64,000 bases of DNA from a virus: IMG/VR virus record IMGVR_UViG_3300025705_000581. One strand, given 5' to 3'. Of this stretch, positions 29,112 through 37,135 are shown in pieces. Positions within the stretch are counted from its first letter, which is position 1. Every line of letters begins with the position of its first letter. The translations under genes and the position numbers were made by a program. The notes beneath the pieces were generated by a model. It ran no database searches, was not told where the DNA came from, and worked only from the letters and a program-made list of their open reading frames with translations.

Positions 29112-29369
29112 ATGTCATATATCGTAACAAACCTAACAACAGGCGTTAACTATAAAATGGATGTTGTAAAATCTTTTCAAGATGCAATTGCTGAGCCAAC
29201 AAATAAGTATACTGATGGTTCAATAAACTGGGATTATGTTGCAGCAGATATGCATATGGACCTTAGCACATGGTATGCTGCATCTTATATTGATGAGGCC
29301 TTTGAATATATGGCTTCTCTTGAAGATGAAGATCGTGCAGTAGAAGTTAAAATGTTGGAGTACGTATAA
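29112..29369 (+). CDS. early hypothetical protein
   Basis: AAGGA RBS; acidic ORF. Confidence 0.7.
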   Translation: MSYIVTNLTTGVNYKMDVVKSFQDAIAEPTNKYTDGSINWDYVAADMHMDLSTWYAASYIDEAFEYMASLEDEDRAVEVKMLEYV

Positions 29370-29611
29370 TGACACCTTGGATCCAAGAAACTCGTAATGG
29401 CTTTGAAATGGCTGAAGAAGAAATAGACCGCATTTATGCTGAGCCTGTTCAAGGCGAACAAGCAATTGCTGTTCAACTTGACCTAAAATCTTGGGCTTTG
29501 GAAAAAGGCTTGTGGAATACTGATGAACCTTATAATGATATGATTGTTTGTCACGCTATTGATCGTGGTTGGCTTCAAGAATATTCAAATGGTATGGAGG
29601 TTGTAGGATGA
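29369..29611 (+). CDS. early hypothetical protein
   Basis: TAATG coupling. Confidence 0.7.
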   Translation: MTPWIQETRNGFEMAEEEIDRIYAEPVQGEQAIAVQLDLKSWALEKGLWNTDEPYNDMIVCHAIDRGWLQEYSNGMEVVG

Positions 29612-29876
29612 GGTATTGTGAGAAATCAGACACCTTTGAATTTAAAGGCCGTGTATATGATGTAGAATTTGGTTCAGATGATACACGTCATGGAGGGCCT
29701 TTTGACCGCGGCGCAGCGGACAGTTACTATGGCGCGGTTGTCGACCTCATTACTATGTTGGTGATACTGGACTGTCTGAAGTCGTTGCTGAGCTGACTGA
29801 TATTGAAAGAGATGCGTACTTTGCTGGGTATGAGTACAATGAAGAAATCGTTCGAGATTTTAAAGATTGGGGTTAA
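29608..29876 (+). pseudogene. conserved phage hypothetical gene interrupted by a 1-bp deletion near 29733 (real or sequencing error)
   Basis: First frame gives RHGGPFDRGAADSYYG; the second frame continues GCRPHYYVGDTG...AYFAGYEYNEE..FKDWG*. Span is 269 nt, i.e. 270 minus 1. Confidence 0.65.
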
Positions 29877-29900
29877 TTTCTTTTTAACTTAAATTAACTA

Positions 29901-29935
29901 TTGACATTTGCTGTCGAATCAGTTATATTAGAATC
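29901..29935 (+). promoter_or_regulatory. early promoter with two GAATC motifs
   Basis: TTGACA-tttgctgtcGAATCAGT-TATATT-aGAATC. Confidence 0.85.
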
Positions 29936-29955
29936 AACAACAAAAGGAAAACACC

Positions 29956-30333
29956 ATGAACTACTCAGTATATCAAATTCAAATGACTCGTGAAATTGCT
30001 GACAAAGTAAACGCAGGCAAAACTGTACCAGCATTTGAAGCTCGTAATAAAATGAACCTTGACTTTGCTGGTCACAAAATGGGTGGTTTGGCAGATGAGG
30101 CACTTACTGCTGGTTTTTACACTCACGTTGCTAACATTGAAGCTGAAGATGCAAACGATGTTTTTGAAATTGGTAATATGGGTCCTGAGTCGGCAATCAC
30201 TCGTTTTTCTCGTATGCACTCACTATCAGTTGGTGATCTTATCGTTGATGAAGAAGGTCAGGTAATTGTTGTTGCTCCTATGGGTTTTGTAGCATTTGCC
30301 TTCCGTCCTGAAATGAACAAGGTTGCTGCATAA
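29956..30333 (+). CDS. early hypothetical protein
   Basis: AAGGA RBS; HSLSVGDLIVD motif (YodL-like). Confidence 0.7.
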   Translation: MNYSVYQIQMTREIADKVNAGKTVPAFEARNKMNLDFAGHKMGGLADEALTAGFYTHVANIEAEDANDVFEIGNMGPESAITRFSRMHSLSVGDLIVDEEGQVIVVAPMGFVAFAFRPEMNKVAA

Positions 30334-30353
30334 ATAAACTAAAGGAGTTTATA

Positions 30354-31004
30354 GTGGCAAAAGAATATATTGTAGAACTTGAGATCAGGCTCCCGGATAG
30401 AAACGGGGTGCCTGTTCCTGATGTTGAAATTAGAGAATGGGGTTTAAGCTTGGGCTGTCACAGTGTTGAGCCTACTGGCACATCTGATGATGGCTTTCGT
30501 ATATTTACGTTTAAAGGAATTAACCGAGAGTCAGTTGCTAATATTGGCGCTCGAGTATCAGCGGTCGATGGAGTAACTTTTGATCCTGATTCAGTGTATG
30601 AAGCTGATACTGATTTTCCTGACCATTTTACTTCTGCTCAAAATGCCATTATCTTTCCATCAAGGTTTACTGCTGCTGATTACGCATATAGTGAAGAAGG
30701 AGACTTTATTGGTGTAGTCCTTGAAGATGGACGGACATTATCTCCTGGTGATTACCTTGATAGATCAGGTACTATCATACCAGGTGGTGCTAAAGGAGTT
30801 ATTAAAGGTAATCCGTATGACTATGAAACTTCATTGGTAACTGATGAAACTCACGTAACTGATGGTGAAAACAATCCACAGATTGAAGATACACCTGCCG
30901 AAGGTATGCCAGGTTGGGAATTACCTGATATTGAAATACCTGACGATTGGTTTGAAGATCTTACAGATTATGACGAACAGATAATTGTTAAAACGCAAGA
31001 GTAG
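30354..31004 (+). CDS. acidic hypothetical protein
   Basis: AAGGAG RBS, GTG start. Confidence 0.7.
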   Translation: MAKEYIVELEIRLPDRNGVPVPDVEIREWGLSLGCHSVEPTGTSDDGFRIFTFKGINRESVANIGARVSAVDGVTFDPDSVYEADTDFPDHFTSAQNAIIFPSRFTAADYAYSEEGDFIGVVLEDGRTLSPGDYLDRSGTIIPGGAKGVIKGNPYDYETSLVTDETHVTDGENNPQIEDTPAEGMPGWELPDIEIPDDWFEDLTDYDEQIIVKTQE

Positions 31005-31084
31005 CTGTATCATTTAAGTCACTAAAAATAATCAAAGTTTTTATTTGATTGACATTTCATCAAAATAGTTTATATATATCTAGT

Positions 31085-31395
31085 AATCGTTGATACAATT
31101 CAGCGCATGGACAGGACCGCGGGGCAGTACCGCGCAGCTCCACCATAACTACACTTGAGCGGTTGGCCTAGTGCAAGTAAGGACTCGAAAGAGAATAGAC
31201 TTGAGTGTAGTTATGATGGGGCTGAACAAGGATCGACTGACGTGAAGAGATGAGAGTAGATTACCGTGTTGGCCTACGTTATTAAGCCAAAATTTTTAAT
31301 TGCAAATGACAATTATAAACCATCTGGATTTGCCCTAGCGGCGTAATCAAAGGGGGTTGGCCACTTACCTAGCAACAGAAAATGTGGCACATTTT
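31085..31395 (+). ncRNA. ssrA: two-piece (circularly permuted) tmRNA, alphaproteobacterial type
   Basis: Acceptor piece ends CGCGGGGCAGTACCGCG-CAGCTCC-A-CCA (31145). Coding piece starts GGGGCTGAACAAGGATCGAC (31218). The 7-bp acceptor stem has G3.U70. Tag frame 31302-31346 = ANDNYKPSGFALAA*. TTGACA promoter near 31049. Outer ends are approximate. Confidence 0.92.
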
Positions 31396-31418
31396 TAACA
31401 AATAATAAAGGAAGTAAT

Positions 31419-32222
31419 ATGACCAAATTTCTATCAACAACAGCCCTTGTATTCGCGGGTACAGCGGCATTTGCAGATCAAGCACCTGTAACACCAACAC
31501 CAGCAGTCACACTTAGTGGCGAAATTGAAACAGTAATCGCTGAAGGTCTGAATGATAAATGGGGTGCAACTACTTCATTCGGTTTTGATGGCGCTTTGAC
31601 AAACGGCGCTGCAACAGGTTCAATGGAATTTGTTGTTGACTCTGATAATGATCTAACACTTGACGGTTGGTCAATGGGTACCAATGTTGCAGGAGTTGCA
31701 ATGTCTTTTGGTGACCAAGGTAATATCTGGTTTGACACAGAGTCTGGCGCAACAATTGAAGAACCAACAATGGCTGGCGAAAGCTTGTCCCTCGGCGTTG
31801 GTGGTGCAACGGTTGCATTGGCATTCACTGATATTGGTACAGACGTAACTGACATTGCTAACGTACAAGGTGCATACACACTAAACGTTGGTATTGCCAA
31901 TGTAACTACAGCAGGTGATTATAACATTGATTCCAAAGAATGGGTAGTCGGTGGCCGTGCTGATACAGCAGGAATGCTTGACGGTGTTCGTCTAGGTGGT
32001 GCCGCAACATACGGTTCTGCGTCAGAGAACATTGCTTTTGAAGCAGATGCTACTGTAATGGGCCTGACTGCATATCTTGCAGGTGACCAGGATGATCTTG
32101 CACAAAATATCGGTGGTTCATATACATATGACCTAAGTGGTATTGATCTAAAAGGTGCTGTCGACTATGACATTGATGCAGAAACATATGCACCATCTGT
32201 AACAGCGACATTCGCATTTTAA
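31419..32222 (+). CDS. outer-membrane porin (alphaproteobacterial type)
   Basis: Signal MTKFLSTTALVFAGTAAFA, acidic Gly-rich beta strands, C-terminal ATFAF. Confidence 0.75.
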   Translation: MTKFLSTTALVFAGTAAFADQAPVTPTPAVTLSGEIETVIAEGLNDKWGATTSFGFDGALTNGAATGSMEFVVDSDNDLTLDGWSMGTNVAGVAMSFGDQGNIWFDTESGATIEEPTMAGESLSLGVGGATVALAFTDIGTDVTDIANVQGAYTLNVGIANVTTAGDYNIDSKEWVVGGRADTAGMLDGVRLGGAATYGSASENIAFEADATVMGLTAYLAGDQDDLAQNIGGSYTYDLSGIDLKGAVDYDIDAETYAPSVTATFAF

Positions 32223-32248
32223 AAAGTAATATTGTATAAATTTTAGAC

Positions 32249-32278
32249 GGGGTGGCATTAATTTGTCACCCCTTTTTT
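32249..32278 (+). terminator. rho-independent terminator
   Basis: GGGGTGGCA-ttaatt-TGTCACCCC-TTTTTT. Confidence 0.85.
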
Positions 32279-32318
32279 CATTATAAATAACTGTATCATA
32301 CCACGGAGGAAATTTATA

Positions 32319-32858
32319 ATGAGCAACGAGTTGAAGAAATTAACGTGGGATCATCATCAAGCAGCAGAACGGCGGGCATTTGCTCGTAAGCTTTTAAGAG
32401 GCGAGTTATCGGACCACGAATATTACATATTCCTGGTTTGCCAATGGCACAACTATACGCCACTTGAAAATGCTGTTATCATTCCACCTAATCTCAATGC
32501 TATATACCGAGCGGACCGTATCAAAGCTGATATGCAGGAACTCGAAAAACTACACGGATTTGGTCACCCATCGGCATTACCAGCATCCGTAATAGAATAC
32601 CAAAACCATATTGGACAACTTGCCGAATCTGAAAACAATCATGGTCTACTTGCCCATATGTATACTCGGCATTTTGGAGAATTACACGGCGGTCAAATTA
32701 TTAAAAAGAAAGCACCAGGATCTGGAACAATGTATGACTTTGACGGTGATAAAGAATTGCTTATCTCAGAGTTTAGAAAACTTCTTGACGATAGCATGGC
32801 ACCCGAGGCAAAAAAGTGTTTTGAATTTGCCTCAAAATTATTTGATGAATTGTCATAA
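32319..32858 (+). CDS. hemO: heme oxygenase (biliverdin-producing, HemO/Ho1-like)
   Basis: Proximal His in TWDHHQAAE; HMYTRHFGELHGGQII distal helix; late promoter at 32282. Confidence 0.88.
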   Translation: MSNELKKLTWDHHQAAERRAFARKLLRGELSDHEYYIFLVCQWHNYTPLENAVIIPPNLNAIYRADRIKADMQELEKLHGFGHPSALPASVIEYQNHIGQLAESENNHGLLAHMYTRHFGELHGGQIIKKKAPGSGTMYDFDGDKELLISEFRKLLDDSMAPEAKKCFEFASKLFDELS

Positions 32859-32929
32859 TATAATTGACAATCCAAGTTTTATGATATAAAATAATACTAT
32901 AATACAACATATTCTAAGGAGGAAATCAA

Positions 32930-33097
32930 ATGCAAGATGAAGCATTAGAAGACATTAACCTTAAACCTAAGAAACGTGCAGATCGACTCGCAAGAAGTAT
33001 CAGCGCAAGGCGAAGGCGGAAGACGTTGAAACAAGTAAGAGAAACACGTTTACTAAATGTATATGCCAAACTGAAAAGGGCACGTAGAAATAAATGA
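32930..33097 (+). CDS. small basic protein (55 aa)
   Basis: AAGGAGG RBS; MQDEALEDINLKPKKRADRLARSISARRRRK...; ATGA overlap with the bilin reductase. Confidence 0.65.
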   Translation: MQDEALEDINLKPKKRADRLARSISARRRRKTLKQVRETRLLNVYAKLKRARRNK

Positions 33098-33777
33098 CAC
33101 CACTATGGGACCGGCTTAACAGCTATGCTGAATATATATCAAACTCATTTGATAATAAGTTCGAGCGTTATGACAACCAAAAATATACTGATGATATGCA
33201 CTTTCCTGGATGGACTGATACCTTTTGGAATTCAGATCAAATCTACAAAGCGCATTTGAAAACCATTGTACCAGAAAACGGTAAAGGTTTATGGTTGATG
33301 CACGTTAACGTATTTCCAAAAGCAAATATTGAATTACCTATTCTTGGGTTTGATATTGTTGCTGGTCCCAAAAAGATTACAGGTTCGTTTATGGACTTTT
33401 CACCATTACATGGTTTTCCACATCCTTACCATAATTACATGGAACGTCGGGTTGAGAAACTTGAATGGAATAAACCACGTGAATTACCACCGTGGGCAAA
33501 AGAAATCTTTTCAAGTGATATGCTTGCGGTTGGTAATATTAATACTGATGATGAGCTTAATCAATTTATTCAAGTAACAACCGATTTGGTAGATTATTAT
33601 CTAGATAATTTAGATGATAATGCCTTTGTATCACACCGCGATACACTGATCTTATTAAATAAGTATTGTCAAAATCAAAAATTAAATCCACATTTGCACA
33701 GATCCATTTTAGCAATGGGCATATCCGAAGAAGATAAAGATGATTATGTCAACAATGTTTTATTTGAGGAAATTTAA
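33094..33777 (+). CDS. ferredoxin-dependent bilin reductase (PcyA/PcyX-like)
   Basis: LMHVNVFP, PILGFDIVAG, DFSPL, PWAKEIFS, YCQNQKLN. Confidence 0.88.
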   Translation: MTPLWDRLNSYAEYISNSFDNKFERYDNQKYTDDMHFPGWTDTFWNSDQIYKAHLKTIVPENGKGLWLMHVNVFPKANIELPILGFDIVAGPKKITGSFMDFSPLHGFPHPYHNYMERRVEKLEWNKPRELPPWAKEIFSSDMLAVGNINTDDELNQFIQVTTDLVDYYLDNLDDNAFVSHRDTLILLNKYCQNQKLNPHLHRSILAMGISEEDKDDYVNNVLFEEI

Positions 33778-34434
33778 ATGGCATTTTTAGTACATCCTTT
33801 ACCGCCAGTTGCGGTATATGTTAAGATGGAATATCTTTATGATTTAGAACCAGGTCATCCAAGATGGGGTAATTTGACACCAGGAATTTGGATCAGTGTT
33901 AAATCAACACAATCAAAAGCATTATATTTTGAAACACTACTTACTGATTATGGAGCACTATATGACAAACTACCTATTTCCGCGTTTGTTTGGAAGGAAG
34001 ACATTAATGTTGACGAACAACTCCCGCTTGACGTTCTTCAGCTATGGGATTGTTTTGATTATGATATTACTGTTATTGAAAAGCCAATCTTGTGTAGGTG
34101 TGAGTTCTTTGGAAAAGATAAAAAGATGCACAGTGGCGAGTACGAATTCACTATTGACAATGCCCACCGCGACAAGTCTATCCTTGACACCAATTTCAGT
34201 GAGCAAGATCCCGAGCACAAATCGTTCAACGTCATCCGACTTGACAATGGACAATTTGCCGCACAACCAAACAACAGGGTCATATGGCGAGACAGCTCAT
34301 TAACACCTGCTGATTTGAAACGACCTGATTTTAAAGTGTGTACTCAAAACTACGCAGTTGAAGATCAACCTAAATGGTCGGTTGGTCACACTGATGAATG
34401 GCAATATAAAACAAAAGAGGAAGAAAACGGTTGA
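33778..34434 (+). CDS. conserved marine T4-like phage hypothetical protein
   Basis: GALYDKLPISAF, LQLWDCF, GQFAAQPNNR. Confidence 0.75.
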   Translation: MAFLVHPLPPVAVYVKMEYLYDLEPGHPRWGNLTPGIWISVKSTQSKALYFETLLTDYGALYDKLPISAFVWKEDINVDEQLPLDVLQLWDCFDYDITVIEKPILCRCEFFGKDKKMHSGEYEFTIDNAHRDKSILDTNFSEQDPEHKSFNVIRLDNGQFAAQPNNRVIWRDSSLTPADLKRPDFKVCTQNYAVEDQPKWSVGHTDEWQYKTKEEENG

Positions 34435-34590
34435 CAATCAACGGATGCTGTGATAATGTTGATATTGTAAGGAATCAAATAACAACTGAGTTTGATACAC
34501 ATAAGTATTTAATTACTTTACATTACTGTAAATCTTGCGGGTCTAAAAAGGCCAGCTCAAACATAACTCATATTAAAAAGGAGAAAACAG

Positions 34591-34794
34591 ATGTATGTTA
34601 AACACGTACTAGGCGAACGCAATAAACTGATGTATCGTGCTGAAATTCATAAAGATAATGAAGGAACATATTCTATTCGTTATTTCTCAGAAGCACAAGA
34701 AATTAAACGTGAAACTTTTGAAGGGAAATCTATCCACTATGTCGAAGATGCGGCTGATAATTGGATCAGCGGGATTAAGACATTAAATGGATAG
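34591..34794 (+). CDS. hypothetical protein
   Basis: AAGGAG RBS; EDAADNW. Confidence 0.65.
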   Translation: MYVKHVLGERNKLMYRAEIHKDNEGTYSIRYFSEAQEIKRETFEGKSIHYVEDAADNWISGIKTLNG

Positions 34795-34978
34795 TAACAT
34801 ACCTGAAATCCGTGGTAATACTTATGGTGTTGAAATTCAAATAAAAGATAAACCTTTTGTGAAGATTAATGGCAACTTAGTTTATGAGGACAAGAAAGAT
34901 GTAATGCTTTTTTGGACAGCCTATAGAATGGGAAGGGACCATAAGAAAAATGAAATTAGACACGCGTTGGGACTTTAG
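34787..34978 (+). CDS. hypothetical protein
   Basis: Coupled ORF. Confidence 0.55.
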   Translation: MDSNIPEIRGNTYGVEIQIKDKPFVKINGNLVYEDKKDVMLFWTAYRMGRDHKKNEIRHALGL

Positions 34979-34982
34979 ACAA

Positions 34983-35222
34983 ATGATTACGCCGCCAAGG
35001 TCACCTGAAAAAATCCACCATGAAATTGCGGATATGCTGGCCAATGGTGTAAATTATATTGATGCGTTAGTTGAATATGCGCGCAAGAATGGTCTAGAAA
35101 TTGAGTCAGTTGCTGATATTGTAAAGAAATCATCAATACTTAAAGAGAAACTTAGATCAGAAGCTGTGCAATTGAGATTGGTTGAAAAAGATGATAAAGA
35201 CATCACAGAGCTTTGCAAATGA
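34983..35222 (+). CDS. gp33: late-transcription coactivator gp33
   Basis: NYIDALVEYARKNGLEIESVADIV..LKEKLRSEA; located upstream of gp59 and gp32. Confidence 0.8.
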   Translation: MITPPRSPEKIHHEIADMLANGVNYIDALVEYARKNGLEIESVADIVKKSSILKEKLRSEAVQLRLVEKDDKDITELCK

Positions 35223-35793
35223 GGAAACTTTTCAGCTCTATATAAAATATCTTGCAATGAAAAAACACTTTACCACGGATGGTTATGACTATCAAAAATA
35301 CCGTGGTAAAGTAAGAGCCAAATTTGAAACATATCGTACACGCAACGATGTTTTCTTCTTTCACAAATTATCAACTAAGACTGAGCCAATAAATCAATTG
35401 TTGGCCAATATGGTTGTTAATCCTAATTCATGGATACGTGATATTGTTGAAGACATTGGTGATGAGCGATATGTTGATTGGCGCAAAAAGATGGATGCGT
35501 TAAGTTATACTTTTAAATCTGATTTGAGTAAACTTGATGATAACTACCAAGCAAATTTTGTAACACCAGACGGACAGCATCCGCATATCTTACGTCTGTA
35601 TTTACAAAAGCAAATATCACTTGAGACGTTTACAATAATTACCAATTTATCAAACATTTTTCCTTATTGGGATGATAATTTGGTTGACAAAATCGTTGCT
35701 CGTGATATAATTAGATTATCCAAGAAATACAGACCGTTCTTGGAAATAAATGAAAAAAAGTTCAAGGATATCATCCGTGATCGGTTTTTCTAA
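35182..35793 (+). CDS. gp59: helicase loader gp59
   Basis: YLAMKKHFTTDGYDYQKY.GKV, ISLETF; synteny. Confidence 0.85.
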   Translation: MKKMIKTSQSFANEETFQLYIKYLAMKKHFTTDGYDYQKYRGKVRAKFETYRTRNDVFFFHKLSTKTEPINQLLANMVVNPNSWIRDIVEDIGDERYVDWRKKMDALSYTFKSDLSKLDDNYQANFVTPDGQHPHILRLYLQKQISLETFTIITNLSNIFPYWDDNLVDKIVARDIIRLSKKYRPFLEINEKKFKDIIRDRFF

Positions 35794-35873
35794 TATAAAT
35801 AGTTGGTTAACTGATGTTAACTACATTTCGCAACACAAAACGCTATATAAAGCAATATTAAGGAGATACGTAT

Positions 35874-36815
35874 ATGACTATGTCATTTGATGCACTCAAA
35901 AAGAATCGTTCAAGTTCTTTAAACAAATTGAACCAACAGCTCGACAAGATTTCTCAAAAGAGCTATTCCGATCCCAATGAAGGTAAAATGTGGAAACCAA
36001 CTCGCGATAAAGCGGGTAACGGTTTTGCTATTATTCGTTTCTTGCCTGCCCCTCAAGGTGAAGAAATGCCTTTTGTACGCATTTGGGATCACGGGTTTCA
36101 AGGCCCGACAGGTCTGTGGTACATTGAAAACTCATTAACAACAATCGGTGCGGATGACCCGGTTTCAGAATTTAATTCAAAATTGTGGAACTCAGGTATT
36201 GAGTCCGATAAAGAACAGGCACGCAAACAGAAGCGTCGTCTGAAGTATGTTGCCAATGTCCTTATTGTAAAAGACAGCGCAAACCCTGATAATGACGGCA
36301 AGGTCTTTATGTACCAATTTGGTAAAAAGATCTTCGACAAACTGAATGATATGATGAACCCTCAGTTCGAGGATGAAACACCAGTAAACCCATTTGATTT
36401 TTGGGAAGGTGCAAATTTCCGTTTGAAAATCCGTAAGTTTGAGGGATATCCAAACTATGACAAATCAGAATTTGATTCACCGTCACCTATTGATGGCGAT
36501 GACTCAGTGATTGAAGGTATTTGGAACCAACAGCACAAGTTGCAAGAATTGGTTGATCCAAAGAACTTCAAAGATTATAATGAATTGAAAGCAAAGCTTT
36601 ACCGTGTACTTGCTTTGAATGAAGAACCATCCGATCCAACAACTGCTGTTGGTGACGCCGATGATGATCTTGATTTGAGTAGCCTGGGTAATGCAGCAAT
36701 GTCGGCACCTCAACCGACAATGCCTGCTGCAATGCCTGAAACATCATCCACAACCATGTCAATGGACGACGATGATGAAGATCTTTCAATCTTTAAGGAA
36801 CTAGCAAATGGTTAG
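35874..36815 (+). CDS. gp32: single-stranded DNA-binding protein gp32
   Basis: GNGFAIIRFLPAP, WYIENS, FGKKIFDK, GANFRLKI, acidic tail. Confidence 0.95.
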   Translation: MTMSFDALKKNRSSSLNKLNQQLDKISQKSYSDPNEGKMWKPTRDKAGNGFAIIRFLPAPQGEEMPFVRIWDHGFQGPTGLWYIENSLTTIGADDPVSEFNSKLWNSGIESDKEQARKQKRRLKYVANVLIVKDSANPDNDGKVFMYQFGKKIFDKLNDMMNPQFEDETPVNPFDFWEGANFRLKIRKFEGYPNYDKSEFDSPSPIDGDDSVIEGIWNQQHKLQELVDPKNFKDYNELKAKLYRVLALNEEPSDPTTAVGDADDDLDLSSLGNAAMSAPQPTMPAAMPETSSTTMSMDDDDEDLSIFKELANG

Positions 36816-37134
36816 TAAAACCTACGAAGAGGTTTTAGATTTTGACTTCGGCTTCAGCTTCATTGATGAAGAGCTTCAGGAAAAAGAAGCTGCTGCCGAG
36901 GAAAAAATTCAAGAAGTTAGTAGTGAAAAGCAATCACTCGAGGATCAACTCAATGATGCTAAAGTAGCTGCTGACGACTTTGAATATCGTCTAGAACTTT
37001 TATACAAATCTGTAACACCTTTTCTGGATAATCTATGTAAGAACCCAGATAAGTCAACAATCTTTTGGCCCGATAGAGTCGGGAAAATTGAAGCCTATAA
37101 AGGTAAACTATTGACGATTGTAGAGGGAAAATAA
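36808..37134 (+). CDS. hypothetical coiled-coil protein
   Basis: Coupled ORF between gp32 and uvsX. Confidence 0.7.
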   Translation: MVSKTYEEVLDFDFGFSFIDEELQEKEAAAEEKIQEVSSEKQSLEDQLNDAKVAADDFEYRLELLYKSVTPFLDNLCKNPDKSTIFWPDRVGKIEAYKGKLLTIVEGK

Positions 37135-37135
37135 T

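Noticed and set aside
28716-29935. Repeated 35-bp elements as a CRISPR array
   Set aside because: Spacing is irregular (341 and 844 bp), the intervals contain genes with RBSs, the repeats are promoters, and no cas genes are present.
31146-31217. tmRNA intervening segment as a hammerhead or other known ribozyme
   Set aside because: No CUGANGA core is visible; retained only as an unexplained structured insert.
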